DNA from: Vicugna vicugna | Lineage: Eukaryota | Reading direction: 5' to 3' | Assembly (NCBI GenBank): GCA_013265495.1 | Contig: MU058423.1 | Span: 199,061-263,060 of the forward strand | Length of the DNA: 64,000 bases | In this document: positions 52,171 through 64,000 of the stretch, in pieces | Position numbering within the stretch: position 1 is the stretch's first letter | How the letters are laid out: every line of letters begins with the position of its first letter | Position numbers and translations under genes: made by a program | The notes under the pieces: model-generated | What the model was told of the DNA's origin: nothing | The model's input: only the letters and a program-made list of their open reading frames with translations | Database searches by the model: none

Positions 52171-54185
52171 CTGCAGAAGCTGCAATATGCAAATTTTTGA
52201 TACATAAAGGCTTCCTTCCCTGGTTCTGACTCCATGCTTACACTGAAAAAAATTATAATTTGATCTCCCGTATGTCTGATCTACTTGAAAAAAGTAATCT
52301 AGTCCCTCTTATATTTATCAAATTAGTAGTAACCCTCGTTTTATACACTTGTTTCATCAGCCTGGCTAGTGTGAGTTTGTCCCTGAGAGATGTGGTCTTA
52401 CTATCCTGATGAATCAAGCTGCTGAGCTTAACAGGCAGAGGATTAAGAGTTGGATAGTGGTTCTCGAGTTGCAAATAATTATTGGGAAGCTTATTAAAAA
52501 TAAATGAGCATTGGTCCCACCAAATTCTGATTCAGGTGGTCTAGGAAAGAACCCAGAAATCTTGCTTTTGAAAGAAACACGTATGCGATTCTATTGTAGG
52601 CAATAATGTTCTAAGGTACTGTCATAATACAAGGTTCTTAAGACAGACAGTGCCCTTGGCCTTGTCATGAGGACTTTGTCATTTTTCTCAACACGTTCAG
52701 TTTATAACACATTTTAAATACTAGAATTCTTAGCGGCATACTTGAAGAGGCTCAAAATAGCACTAATTTGGCAGTAATTATAATACAGTCATGACCAGAG
52801 AATATCAGTGTTTCATTATCTATAAAAGCATTCCTGTCACCACACCATTAAACCTGACTGCTGTTTAGGATTATATCATTATTTCACTACAACTGTTTGC
52901 TATCTCAACCCACTACCTATCTACTCAAAGAAATCAAAGTGGGTAAGAGCACAGGTCTTGAAGTAGATTACCAGAGACTGTATCTGTTCTACTATTATTA
53001 GTTCTGGATACTTGGTCATAATTTTTAACCTCAAATGTGCTTCAGTTTACTCAGCTGAAAAATGGGAATAATACAAGTATTGGGATGTTTTGAGGTGAAT
53101 ACATTTTAATACATAAAGTATCTAGCACATAATAAATACTTCAGTGTTACCTAGAAGGCAAAGTTCTCTCATGTTCCAATAAACTGACATCTTTCTTTGG
53201 TGCAGCCTGCATTATGCTGTCTTCTCGCTTACAAGTTATACGTACGACTTACACTGTATCATATGACCCATTCAGTTGAACACTCCATTTTACAGACATT
53301 GCCCTAACAATATCTATGTGCAGTTATAAATTTTACTATTGCTAAAAATTTAGTAGTGTGAAGAACTGTGAAAAATCAGCAAAAATGCAGAAAGGGGGAG
53401 GCTGGAGGCAAAGAGAACAATTAAGAATGCTGTTAAAAATAATCCAAGCATTAAGAAAAGGTCCTGAATGAAGATAATAGTAGAAGGAATGTGAACAGGA
53501 TAGACACACTGTTAAGTGAAAAGTATACTTATCAGTTTGAATATGTGTAGAACAGAAGAGACTGGTAATACTGGCTGTCGCTCAGGGGAACTGGGTGGCT
53601 CTAAAATGGGTGGGAGGGGACTTTTTACTCATTCTTTCCTACCATTTAAATTTTAAGCATGTGATTATAGTTCTTATATACTTACAATAGTTTTTTAAAA
53701 AATTAATGGAAATGAAGGAACAGAATCTAATATAGGAAGAAGAATTTACAGGGCTGGAATACTAATTGAATGCGAGATGAAAGGCTAAGGGCAAAAAAGA
53801 TGATGTCAACGTCCCAATCTATGTGACTAAAAGAGAATATGGTGGCATGAACAGAAATGCAGAGGTTGGCAGGAGGTTCTGATAAAGGGAGAAGGAAAAA
53901 TCACAGTAGGTATATATTAAAATTAGCACTTAGTTCAGAAATCCCCAAATAGTCAAACTGTCTTTCAAAAGTTACCATGACTAATTTCAGAAGCTGATGC
54001 GTACAAGGACTTTAACTTCTTTTTTTTTTAAACACAAAAAGATGAGAAGTTTGTGCACCGGAGAGAGAAAAGAGCAAATGACACCTGATGCTATAGTATG
54101 TGTTCTTCTGAGCTCTAAAGAAAAGGACTCACAGCAAATGAAGGAAATACTTCTATTAGGGTTTTCGCAAGGCTCCAGGTATACA

Positions 54186-54301
54186 CAGTCAGCTCCTGTG
54201 TGCTGTACAACAAAATTTTATATAGGAGATTTGAGCATCAGCGGATTTTGGTATCCATGGTATCCGAAACCAATCCCTCATGGATACCTAAGGACAACTG
54301 T
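54186..54301 (+). mobile_element. Short MER2-like deletion derivative
   Basis: ttttatataggagatttgagcatcagcggattttggtatcc...ggatacctaaggacaactg. Confidence 0.6.
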
Positions 54302-56655
54302 GTACATAGTAATTTTGATATGCATAAGGCTTTGCAACTTTATGGGATTTTGCAACTTTATGGGAAAATGCTCCCAGGAGGGGTCAAATGTTCTTAGCAG
54401 TGCCAGGACAGAGAACCAGTAATGACAACAGATGCTCAGGCACAATCAATGCCCAAAAAGGCACTCAGAGTATGGACACATTCCTGAATACAGGAAATAC
54501 CTACAGATAACCAGAAATAATTGGGGGAGGGGGAAGGATGGAGCGCGAGCTGGGGAAATGTGACAATGTATGAAACTGTGATTGACCGGTCTCTTTCATA
54601 CCTATAGCTTATGCCCACACTATGTACCTGGTGCTATGCTAGGCACTAGATAAAAAGATACCATTGCAGTTACCAAGGATTTCATAGTTTTGTTATCAGG
54701 GCAAACATGCCAAAGCAGTGACAGAAACTCCTGGAACACTGTAATGCTTCAATTTTTTAAATAGAGGTTTTTTGTTTGTTTGTTTATTTTAAAATTAAGA
54801 GTTCGAAAAGTTCATCAAACTTTGTTGAGTCAGTTTGATGCAATTTCCCTTATCTATTTTTAGAAGACAATTTTTGAGGCCCACAAAGGTAAGTAATTTT
54901 TCCAAAATCACAGTGGTGGCTAAAAGCACAAGGAGATGGTAAATCACCTGACACTCTTTCCCACTATATCACAATACCTCATTTATAATTCATTAAATGA
55001 TGACTCTATTCTGATTTCTTTTTCATTCATGGTAACATGGAAAAAATAGTTTAGTGAAAAAAGCATGGCTTTCGAATCAGACAAACCTAGGATCTGAATT
55101 TTTTTGACAAATCACACTGCTCTGCTTAGCATTAAGGCTGACTCTAACACAATAGGCAGCTATTGAAGAAGAAATTATAATAAACCTACATTCTTCAGCA
55201 AAGATTGGGCATCTGAATTTGTATCTGCTAAGGCTTTATGCTCCTGTCCAAGGATTATGTAACAGATGAAATGACTACTACTCAGCAAAGCTAACTGAAA
55301 AGGGAAGATTTAAAAAATGGCAGTATTAATTCCAATAAATGACTTGTTAAAAAGCCACCATGGCAATTAAGCTTTAGGATTTACTTGACCCAATAAAGGT
55401 AATAACTCACCTAGTAAATTAAGAAGGTAATGCATAATCAAGGAAATCCAGTTTAAAAGCATAAATATTTTTCATAAGCTCTAACAGAGCCTTCAAATTT
55501 CTGCATCTATGTACAAAATTTTCTGCATCTCTCCTAGATAATTTTGATAAAGCCATTTCTCAAAAAGTGCCTTAAAGACAATATTGTCTAAACTGAAAGC
55601 ATACAGATCTATTTTTCAGTTACGGTATTTTTGAAGTTGTACACAAACATTCTACTAGTTAGGCTGAAAGGGAAAAATATGCTAATAGTCCCCTTTTTAG
55701 CTCTAAAGTTCTGTCTGCATTTACTCATTTTAAAAATGCTGAACCATGAAATAAAGGAAACAATCGGCGCAAAGAACCAAAACCAGTACTTCAGCTGATA
55801 CCTCAAGTTTCCTAATTATGGCATCTTGTCATTTTTGGTCTCTTTAAGGATTTGGAACTAAGTAACTGAAGAATCTAAGTAACTAGGGGACTAGAGCTCA
55901 TTCTCAGAAACTGAACTCGAGGATAAGACTAAAAGCATTTATTTCTGCATATTATTATACTTTCAACTTCCTGTTTTATTTAGGCAGCTCATCATGACCA
56001 TTTCAGGTAACAATGCAGAAGTTAAAAAACCCAACTTCCTCTCTGTATAAAGTGATAAAAACTTTCAGCAATTAGTTACGAGAATGGTTGGTATTACTAG
56101 CTTCTATGGAAATACTTGCAAGGAAATCTTAGACCATCACCACAAAATGCGCCTCTAGGTTCACTGCTTTCAGAAAATACAACGTGAAAAGCAGTATTAA
56201 AATATATTTGGCGTTATGACACACGTGCGTTAAAACAAATCAAATGCAACTGAGGTCTTAGTTAAAAGAAAAAAATGAAAAGTTCCTTCAAGGAAGAATC
56301 AATACAAACTAAGGCTGAAAATATCCTGTTTATAATAGTGCCTTGGTTGTTAAAGTTTTGTACAAGAATCTCACTTAAGGGTTACTTACTATTTACGAAT
56401 GCTAAGATATTCATATCAATAACTTTTTGGAAAAATATTTTTAATTCTTGAATTTAGTTAAAAGGCATCAGGAGCTTGGAGGAAAAGAGGGCAAGGTAAG
56501 CATAAAGTTGAAGGAGAACTGAAGTAATCTTCCAAGTTAAAATCGTTTCTTTTTACTTACAGATCCGCAACAGAGAAATACAGATCAACTGATCTCTGAG
56601 AATAAAAATCTAACAAAATTTCTGTAATCTCAAATCATATGACTTTATCATAAGA

Positions 56656-56764
56656 TTTTTTTCTTTATTTTCTTTATTGTCTTTTTCTTTTATTTTTGGT
56701 AGGGGGAGGTAATCAGGTTTACTTATTTATTTGCATGCACTCTACCACTTAAGCTATACCCTCT
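56656..56764 (-). mobile_element. Internally deleted Vic-1-like SINE lacking B box
   Basis: Head GGTATAGCTTAAGTGGTAGAGTGCATGC joined directly to AAATAAATAAGTAAACCTGATTACCTCCCCC; TSD atcat(a/g)agattt. Confidence 0.8.
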
Positions 56765-58735
56765 CATCATGAGATTTTTATTATATCAGCTATTCTTAAT
56801 TATCTATACTAATGAAGACAACATAGTTAATCTAAAAGCTGTTTACTGAATATGAAATTCATCAACATCTTTAGTCAGTAATCTACCTTGCTAATTATGA
56901 TTTGCTTGCTATGTCATAACTAAAATTAAGTGACAAAAGTATGTTGGGAGATAAAACTGGTCACAGATCTGCTGTTATAAAATCAAGGCTATTAGTATTA
57001 CTAACACTGTCAATATCTGAGGACACCTTAATTTGCACTTTGAAATACATATTTTCCCCAAGTTTAATTAAAAAGGCATTCTAACACTGTGTCAAAGACA
57101 AAAACTCAACACTGGTAAATGTAGTATCACTTAGGCACAATAAACTTCGAAGTTTATTGTTACCTTAATTCTTAGTGAAATTTTGTGTTAACAGTATTTT
57201 TGCTTAAAGTAAGTGGACTATCAGTTGGGCTTATAGATGTTTTGTTATCCCATGATTTTCACTGTAATTTAATTTCATCCAAATCATAACTGTTTGCCTT
57301 AGAATAAACATTTAATTATAGTTTTCTCTCCAGCATAAGTTCACATGCAATATAATATGCCTGTTATACATTTATACATATATACGAATCAATTTCCAAG
57401 CAAGAGAAAACCTAATTCTGAAGTGTTGTTCAATGGCTTGTGACTGTTTTGCACATTCTTCAGCATTTCAAAATGGCATAGCATATGTAAGTATGATATA
57501 TCAAATTATTCTGTACAGAGAATTCTTGGACCATAAACTCCCTTCCACCATCCCAATCTCTTTTATTAAAAAAGGAAAGAACCCAGACACATTTACAGAG
57601 CATTCAAGGGTGCATATCACACTGTGGGAAACAAAAAAACGTAATTCTTGACCTAGTATGAGTTATGTAGTGAAATCACTGTAATTTCTACAGGATATAA
57701 AATCTTTAACACATTTACTGAAAATCCTGACAGACTGTTAAGAAAGCTGTGCAGTCGTCAGGAAAAAAAAATTATTCCCCCTAAGGTAGAATATTCTATT
57801 GTACTTAAAACACTTTTTAAGAAACAAATATACAAATTACCCACTGACGAATTCAACTATAATCAAAGACACCACAGTGGAGCATCAAAGAAGCCAGGAT
57901 GTTTTGTCCAGACTCCAAAGTGTTAACATGAGGCTTATGTGCTATATAAAACCTTTGTGGCGTTAAAAAGAAAAATATTCCTTGGCTATTCCTGTCTGTC
58001 AACAGCAATCTAAAACTATTTTTCAAAAATTATCGTTAAGAGGATTTAAGACGCAAGGGAGGGCGTCACCGGGGGGACCGTACACATACAATTAAGGGAT
58101 TGTCTACAGGGAATAGAGTGGTATTGAAATTCTGAAGAAAAAGTGCTAAGGCTTACACATTTACTATTGCTAATTACTTCAGCCCCCAGTATGTGGGCAA
58201 AGAGGTGTGTGTGGAAAAGCGGCCAACACATTAGGGACCTCGCCCTGTCGAGGAGTCGTGACAGCAAAAGCACTTCCTGAGGAAGGAGGAGCAAAAGGGA
58301 AGTTAAGAGGCCACCCTGACCAGGAAGTGACTCGCCCTAGACTAGCCTCAATCATTTCTAAAAATGGGGGGATGGGGTGAGCCCCAAGAGCTACTGGCGG
58401 TAAAATAACTGCTTCTTGATACGTCGCGACATCATCATTGCCCCCTCTCTTAATTACAAGAATCCAGTCACAATTCAAAAAAGTAAAGTCTCCTCTCTCG
58501 CAGGAAGGCCACGGGGCTGTGTGGAGGAAAAGAGTTGAGGAATGGGGAACTGGGGCCACCGTGAGGCAGAGGACAGCCCTTAAAGAGGGAAGCGTCCCGA
58601 CTGCGGAGAGCGTATGCCAGCACGAGCCAAGAAGCTTCATTCTGCTGGGGGTACTGCCAGGGTCCCCACCGCAGCTAGGGCGGGCCCCTGTTCCTAGTCG
58701 CGGGAAGAGGTAAGAGAGAGAGGCGGACCCCTTAC

Positions 58736-58774
58736 CTTCTCCTCATCCGACACCCGATCCTCGAAGTCGGCCAT
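58736..58774 (-). CDS. CAPZA1: CAPZA1 exon 1 coding part (39 nt)
   Basis: CCAAG-ATG-G; MADFEDRVSDEEK; AAG|GTAAGG. Confidence 0.96.
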
Positions 58775-59485
58775 CTTGGGCTGCTCTGGCCCAGCCCGGC
58801 CCAGGCGCGAGGCAGGCCGGGAAGGAAGCCGAGTGATGGAATCACCGCGAGGACCATCGGAAGGACCCGCCCGGAAACGCCGACCGCGGGGGCGCCATAT
58901 CAGTTTCGGGCGGGGTCGATGGCTCCGGCTGCCCGTGCCGCAGGAAGTCGGCTTGCCGTAATAATTTTAAATCTAGTATCTTCCTCATTGAGTTATATCC
59001 ATTTCCCCTTCCATCTTTGGGACGCTGGGAGCGTGTTTCGACTGGTATTGAAGCCCGAGCTCCAACCGACCAAATTGCAGTTGCTACTTCTATAGACTTT
59101 CCCAGCACCACTGCTCTCCATGGCAGTCGAGTCCAAAGGGCTAACTGCTGCTTGGATTACGGAATGGTTGGCCGCTTTTTCCAGCCCAGGAATGGGGTGA
59201 AAGGTGACCCTTACTCGTATGGAGGCCAGAACACTCTGGGGTCACATCTCAGTCCAGTTCTTCCAAAATAGGTGCCGCTATTCGCCCCTTCCCGCCCTCG
59301 AAAGGAACAGGTAGCCCCGAGTCCTGGGACGCTCCTCCACCTTCCAAATCTTCTCGGTCCCTGTTCCCTGGGGCGCTCAGCCTTCCCCGAGGCCAACTTC
59401 AGGTCCGCCACTATCCCAGGATTCCCGACTCCCGGTTTCCTGCTCTTCTCCCCTCCCAACTCCCGGCGCCTGGGGGAGCGGCAAG

Positions 59486-59693
59486 ATGGCGGATGGTGAC
59501 GGCTTAGGTGAAGCAGCGACTGCTGCGGCGTCTCCTACTGCACCAGCTCCCGGCATGAGCCCGCCGCTGGGCTGGAGGGAGCGCCTGCGGGCCGGGCTGG
59601 CCGGCACTGGGGCCTCGCTGTGGTTCGTGGCCGGGTTGGGGCTGCTTTACGCTCTGAGGGTCCCGCTGAGGCTGTGTGAGAATTTGGCAGCGG
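59486..59693 (+). CDS. ST7L: ST7L exon 1 coding part (208 nt), suppression of tumorigenicity 7-like
   Basis: GCAAG-ATG-G; MADGDGLGEAA...GWRERLRAGLAGTGASLWFVAGLGLLYALRVPLRLCENLAA; donor GCGG|GTGAGA. Confidence 0.95.
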
Positions 59694-61450
59694 GTGAGAG
59701 GCCCAGAGCTCCCTGGGGACGGGAGTGGGAGGGGGACGTGCGAGGAGCGGTGCCGGGGGCAAGGGCCAAGTGGCAGAGATTCTCGGTAGTCACTGGAGGG
59801 CTTCGGAGAAGCTGTCGGTGTGCGCACCGACTGGGTTCTTTTTGTCTTGGGTCACTACTCCGCAGCTGATTGTCAAACCTGAGCTGCAGTTACCGGCTCC
59901 TCCCTAGATCTCTTAAGATCCGCCCTCTCTCTTCTGTCCTCGTTTACCGGAGGAAAAGCCACCTGACAAGCTTCAGGTGGTAGGACAGATGAGAACATTT
60001 TCTGACGTGGATGCAATATTTATATACACCCCCACCATTGGTAGGATCCCTTGAAAATAATTACTCTCATTCTCCCCTGCTCAGCTGAGAGAATCCACAC
60101 CCAGACAACAAAGATCTGAATGAAGGAAAACACCACGATCTTAACCAACCATTCTCATGCTTTAAAATAGTTCTGGCAAGAAATAGTTTTAGGTATATTT
60201 TTGTTCGTTCTGTGTTTTAAGCCTTATCTTGAGTAGATTATTTGTTGCTCATTAAAATGTAACAGTTCAGGAAGTAAAGAGAACGAGCTACAAACAGCAA
60301 TGAGTTCTTTCCCTAGTTCGTTTTCAGCATTTGTAGAGAGCTTGCTGTGTAGTGTGGCTTGAAGATACAAAGGTGTTTAAGAGGTGATGATCCCCTTAGA
60401 TTCTGCAAATAATATCCTTTAGCTGTCGGCAGGATAAAGTGAATGGGAGCTAGGGCCTCTAACTAGGTCTTTACAAATTGACAACCTCAGATTACGATGG
60501 AAGCGTTTCTGTTATGTGATGATTGTGACTGTCAGTACTGTGGTTTATTTTTCTGTAGCAAGAGAAAACAAATGCCCTCGTTTCTATTCCATGAGATGAC
60601 ATGGAAGGCTGTGAGATAATGTTCTGAAATGTTTTGAACTTTTTTAGAACATAGTTTGTAAATTCAGATACAGCTAACACACTAAAACAAGCTAAATAAA
60701 TTGGCCTTCTTTTACTGTTTGAAAAAGCTAATTTGGTGTTTCTGTTACAGGTTAATGAAGTGCTTACTAGTGGTTTGTACGCTCAGTAAAATGTTATTCA
60801 TTGAGTTTATCATTTATCTTTCTCCATGTTAACTAGATACACCATTTAGATGACAGCAGCTGTTTACAGATTTTTATTTCTTTCTGAAACCTAAAGAATT
60901 TATGAGACAGTTATTTGAAGTGAGGAATCTGGTCCAGGTTTTCAGTGAGTCAGATACAAGGAGCTCTTAGTTGTTCCTATTCTCTTTGGGCTGTTTTGCC
61001 TCTCTAGCTGACATACCAAATACACTGTTTTCCTTCCCTCTAATTTGAAACACTGGTTTGAATCTCAGAAAAATAATTAGGGAGCAGTTTTAAACTTCCT
61101 TTGTAACAGGATATTTGTCTAGCTCATCCTTATGGAATTGCAAATGTTCTTGTGAAATTATGATTTATATTTTATTGGTTTTATTTTCAAAAGCAAGCCA
61201 AATTTTCTCATTTTGATTTGTTTATTTAACAAATCAGCAGTGTAAAATTCTACCCTTAATATGTGTGAAGGCATTTTTAAGATATGATACAATGGGAATT
61301 TAAAGTAGCTTTTTAAATATTACAACTTTCTCAAATGAATCTCATTCTAGGTATTAATTTATGTAACCCCACTCTTAAAGACACTTGCGTATTTATAGTT
61401 TGACTACTTCGTTTTTTAAACTTTGATTTTCTTTTTCTTCTTTTTGACAG

Positions 61451-61533
61451 TGACAGTATTTTTAAATTCATTGACACCCAAATTTTATGTGGCACTTACA
61501 GGAACATCTTCTTTGATATCAGGACTAATATTT
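61451..61533 (+). CDS. ST7L: ST7L exon 2 (83 nt)
   Basis: Long pyrimidine tract, [44 protein letters not shown]; gene continues beyond window. Confidence 0.95.
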
Positions 61534-64000
61534 GTAAGTAGTTTCCATTTCCTTCATGCTTTGGTATTTAAAAATCAAATCTATTTATATGGTTAATAAA
61601 ATAATTATAAATACTTAGAGATAAGCATTCTTGAAATGTGTTTAGCATTTGAAAAAACACTGAAACTCCCCCTCCACTGTTAGAGATTGGCAGTATTCAT
61701 TTGGATATAAAAGACTACAGTATGTTGTGGGGGATGCGGGGAGTGGGAGATGGGTTGTGAACTAAATGCTTGCAGGCTTGGTAACAAAATTAGTGAAATG
61801 GGCAGAGTGTAAGAATTAAATGTATTTACTTTGAAGACTGGGTAATCTGAACAGTGCATGCTCCTTCTAGAAGAGGCTAAAACTAATTCTTATCATGTCG
61901 ACTTGCAGACTGATGTTACCAGATCTTACAATTTTTCAAATGATTTCAAGAGAGCCTGGATATACAAGTTTTTATATATAAAATCTTCTAATACTTTAAT
62001 GTTAGCAACGTTGAGCAGACTGAGAATTAATCTATGTCTTGAGCAGGGTTTTGGAGCTGGACTAACCATGACTTTAATTATGTGACTTCGAGCAAGTTAA
62101 CTGACTTTTCTAAGCTCCAATTTCCTCATCTGTACATTGGGAATAATAATAGTATCAACTTCATAGAGTTTTGAAGACTAAATGAGATATTGTGTGTGAA
62201 AGCTTGCAACAACATGGTAGCACTTAATGAATTTTGGGCACATTATTCTAAGAAGTCCCACAATAAAGAAACCCATTTAACTTTAATTCAGCTTTTCCTT
62301 GCATTATTTAACCAAGCTCTCATTTTTAATATAAAAAGATTTTTTTTAAAACTTTGTAATCTCTATTAACATACCTAGGAACTAGTGTTTCCTGCTATAA
62401 ACTTTGGAAAAACACTGCTACAGATAAAAATCTTAGGAAGTATTATGGCATGCATGGCCAATAAAATTTTTCTGTTTTTTTCTCATCTCTAGGTGGTGCT
62501 CTATAACTATAGTAGAAATGTACAAATAATGGCATTTGTATTGGAGTGTTGTTTTTTTTTAAATAGGGATGACTACTTGACCGTTTTGTTAAAGTGAAGT
62601 GCCAGATAAGAAAGGGATTTTTCTCTTGACTTAAAAAAAAATGATGGAGGAATTCTGGGTGAAAACTTTTATTAAAAGCCTCAAAATTTATTGACTTATA
62701 AAGCTTACTCATAGCACATTTTGCCAATAAAAATCCAAATAAAGAAGATAGCTATCTTTAAATAGCTGATGTAATAGAAAAAGCATTGGTCTTGAAATCA
62801 GAAGATGTAGTTTTGAGTATTGACTCTGCCACCTACTACCTGATAACTTTGGCCAAATCACATAAATTCTGAGTCTTACTTTCCTCATTTATAAGGGAGG
62901 GGGAATTTATATATATTATATAGGGTGGGGATACAATAGTATGTAACTTATATATATAATATGTAAAACAGTTTTTAAAATTTGTCGTTACATTTTTTAA
63001 ACCAGTTTTAAATGTACAAAAATTAGGAAATTCAAGTAGCAGTCTAAAGGTTAAACTCCGTCATTACCTTTGAAATATTGATGAATTTTTATTAGCAAAT
63101 TTTATTACATTTGTAATTTCTTTTACCACCTGAAAAGAGGAAGCGAACTGTGCTGCTGTCTTACTTCTATCTGAACAGGTAGTGTGCTTGGGAGCTTGAA
63201 GAATAGCAACAAAGCCAGTTGTTTAACTAAGTATTATAAGTGAAAAGATTATTTGAAAGGAAAACACAGGATCCAGTGGGTATGCATAACACAACTTTCT
63301 ATTTTGTGGAATCAGGGAAAGTTCCCTACGGATATGTCATTTACGCTGAAATCTTAAGGAGCTAGTCAAAGGGAGTTGAAAAGGCTGGAGTATCCAAATA
63401 TGAAACATTCTGCTAATTCAACACAGAGAGCTGCTTTTGATTCCTCTTTTTAGAACAATGATAAATCATGGAAACAGGAAGAAGTGAATATCCTGATTTT
63501 TAAGTGGTTCAATGTGGGAATCAACCTGACTTTTAACCTACATTAATAATACTGCCAAATACTAAAGTAGTACTTTATTTTCAAAAGTATTTGCAATTCT
63601 TGTTAATCATATTTAATAGATAGGACATCGAAGTTCTGAGAGGTTAGAAGTTAAGTGACTTGCCCAAAGCACCTAGCTAATATATGGCTGAACTGGGAGT
63701 CAAATGTGGGCATTCTAACCCTAGTCTACTACTTAATCCACCACTTACTCCACAGTGCTAGTTTCGAATTTGTTTTTCTTTTTATTATGCTGCAGATAGG
63801 AAAAAAATTATAATGTAACATGGCAGTTAACATTATTTATAGATTAAACACTTCTTATTGTTTTTAATTGCTTTATTTATAAACATATTTCTTCTAGTGT
63901 TGCCTCAGCTTGTCTGAATTTCATTACAAAAGTACAAAAAGCTATTTTTACCTTGGCTCAGCATGTGTTGTCAGGGCATCCTGTGTTTAGCTTATTGTTT

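Larger units (their letters stand above)
58660..59870. promoter_or_regulatory. Bidirectional CpG-island promoter shared by CAPZA1 and ST7L
   Basis: Divergent ATGs at 58774 (-) and 59486 (+), about 0.7 kb apart; CpG-dense; GC box GGGCGGGG near 58908; ETS cores CCGGAA near 58871 and CAGGAAGT near 58940. Confidence 0.9.

Noticed and set aside
53997..54422. 141-aa plus-strand ORF in CAPZA1 intron 1
   Set aside because: Runs through a MER2-like relic and a tandem duplication; no coding signature.
58423..58430. Palindrome GTCGCGAC near the CAPZA1 promoter
   Set aside because: Shares only the TCGCGA core with the TCTCGCGAGA motif; flanks do not match.

Overview
Mammalian genomic DNA, probably camelid: five copies of a tRNA-derived SINE resemble the camelid Vic-1 family. 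The window holds the conserved ST7L-CAPZA1-MOV10 cluster. (1) MOV10, minus strand: 5' half, nine coding exons from the ATG at 15911, running off the left edge just before helicase motif I. (2) CAPZA1, minus strand: complete, 10 exons, 58774 to 21526, 861 nt or 286 aa, with a 3'UTR ending near 20120. (3) ST7L, plus strand: exons 1-2, head-to-head with CAPZA1 across a CpG-island promoter. All exon boundaries were read by eye, are GT-AG and keep frame. Introns carry ordinary SINE, LINE, LTR and DNA-transposon relics; repeat family names come from memory of consensus sequences. I found no convincing new biological system. Best leads: an in-frame CAPZA1-MOV10 read-through splice, an atypical ACT/GTTAAGTAT donor in CAPZA1, an overlapping ISRE/EICE motif in the MOV10 5'UTR, and a possible internal MOV10 promoter.
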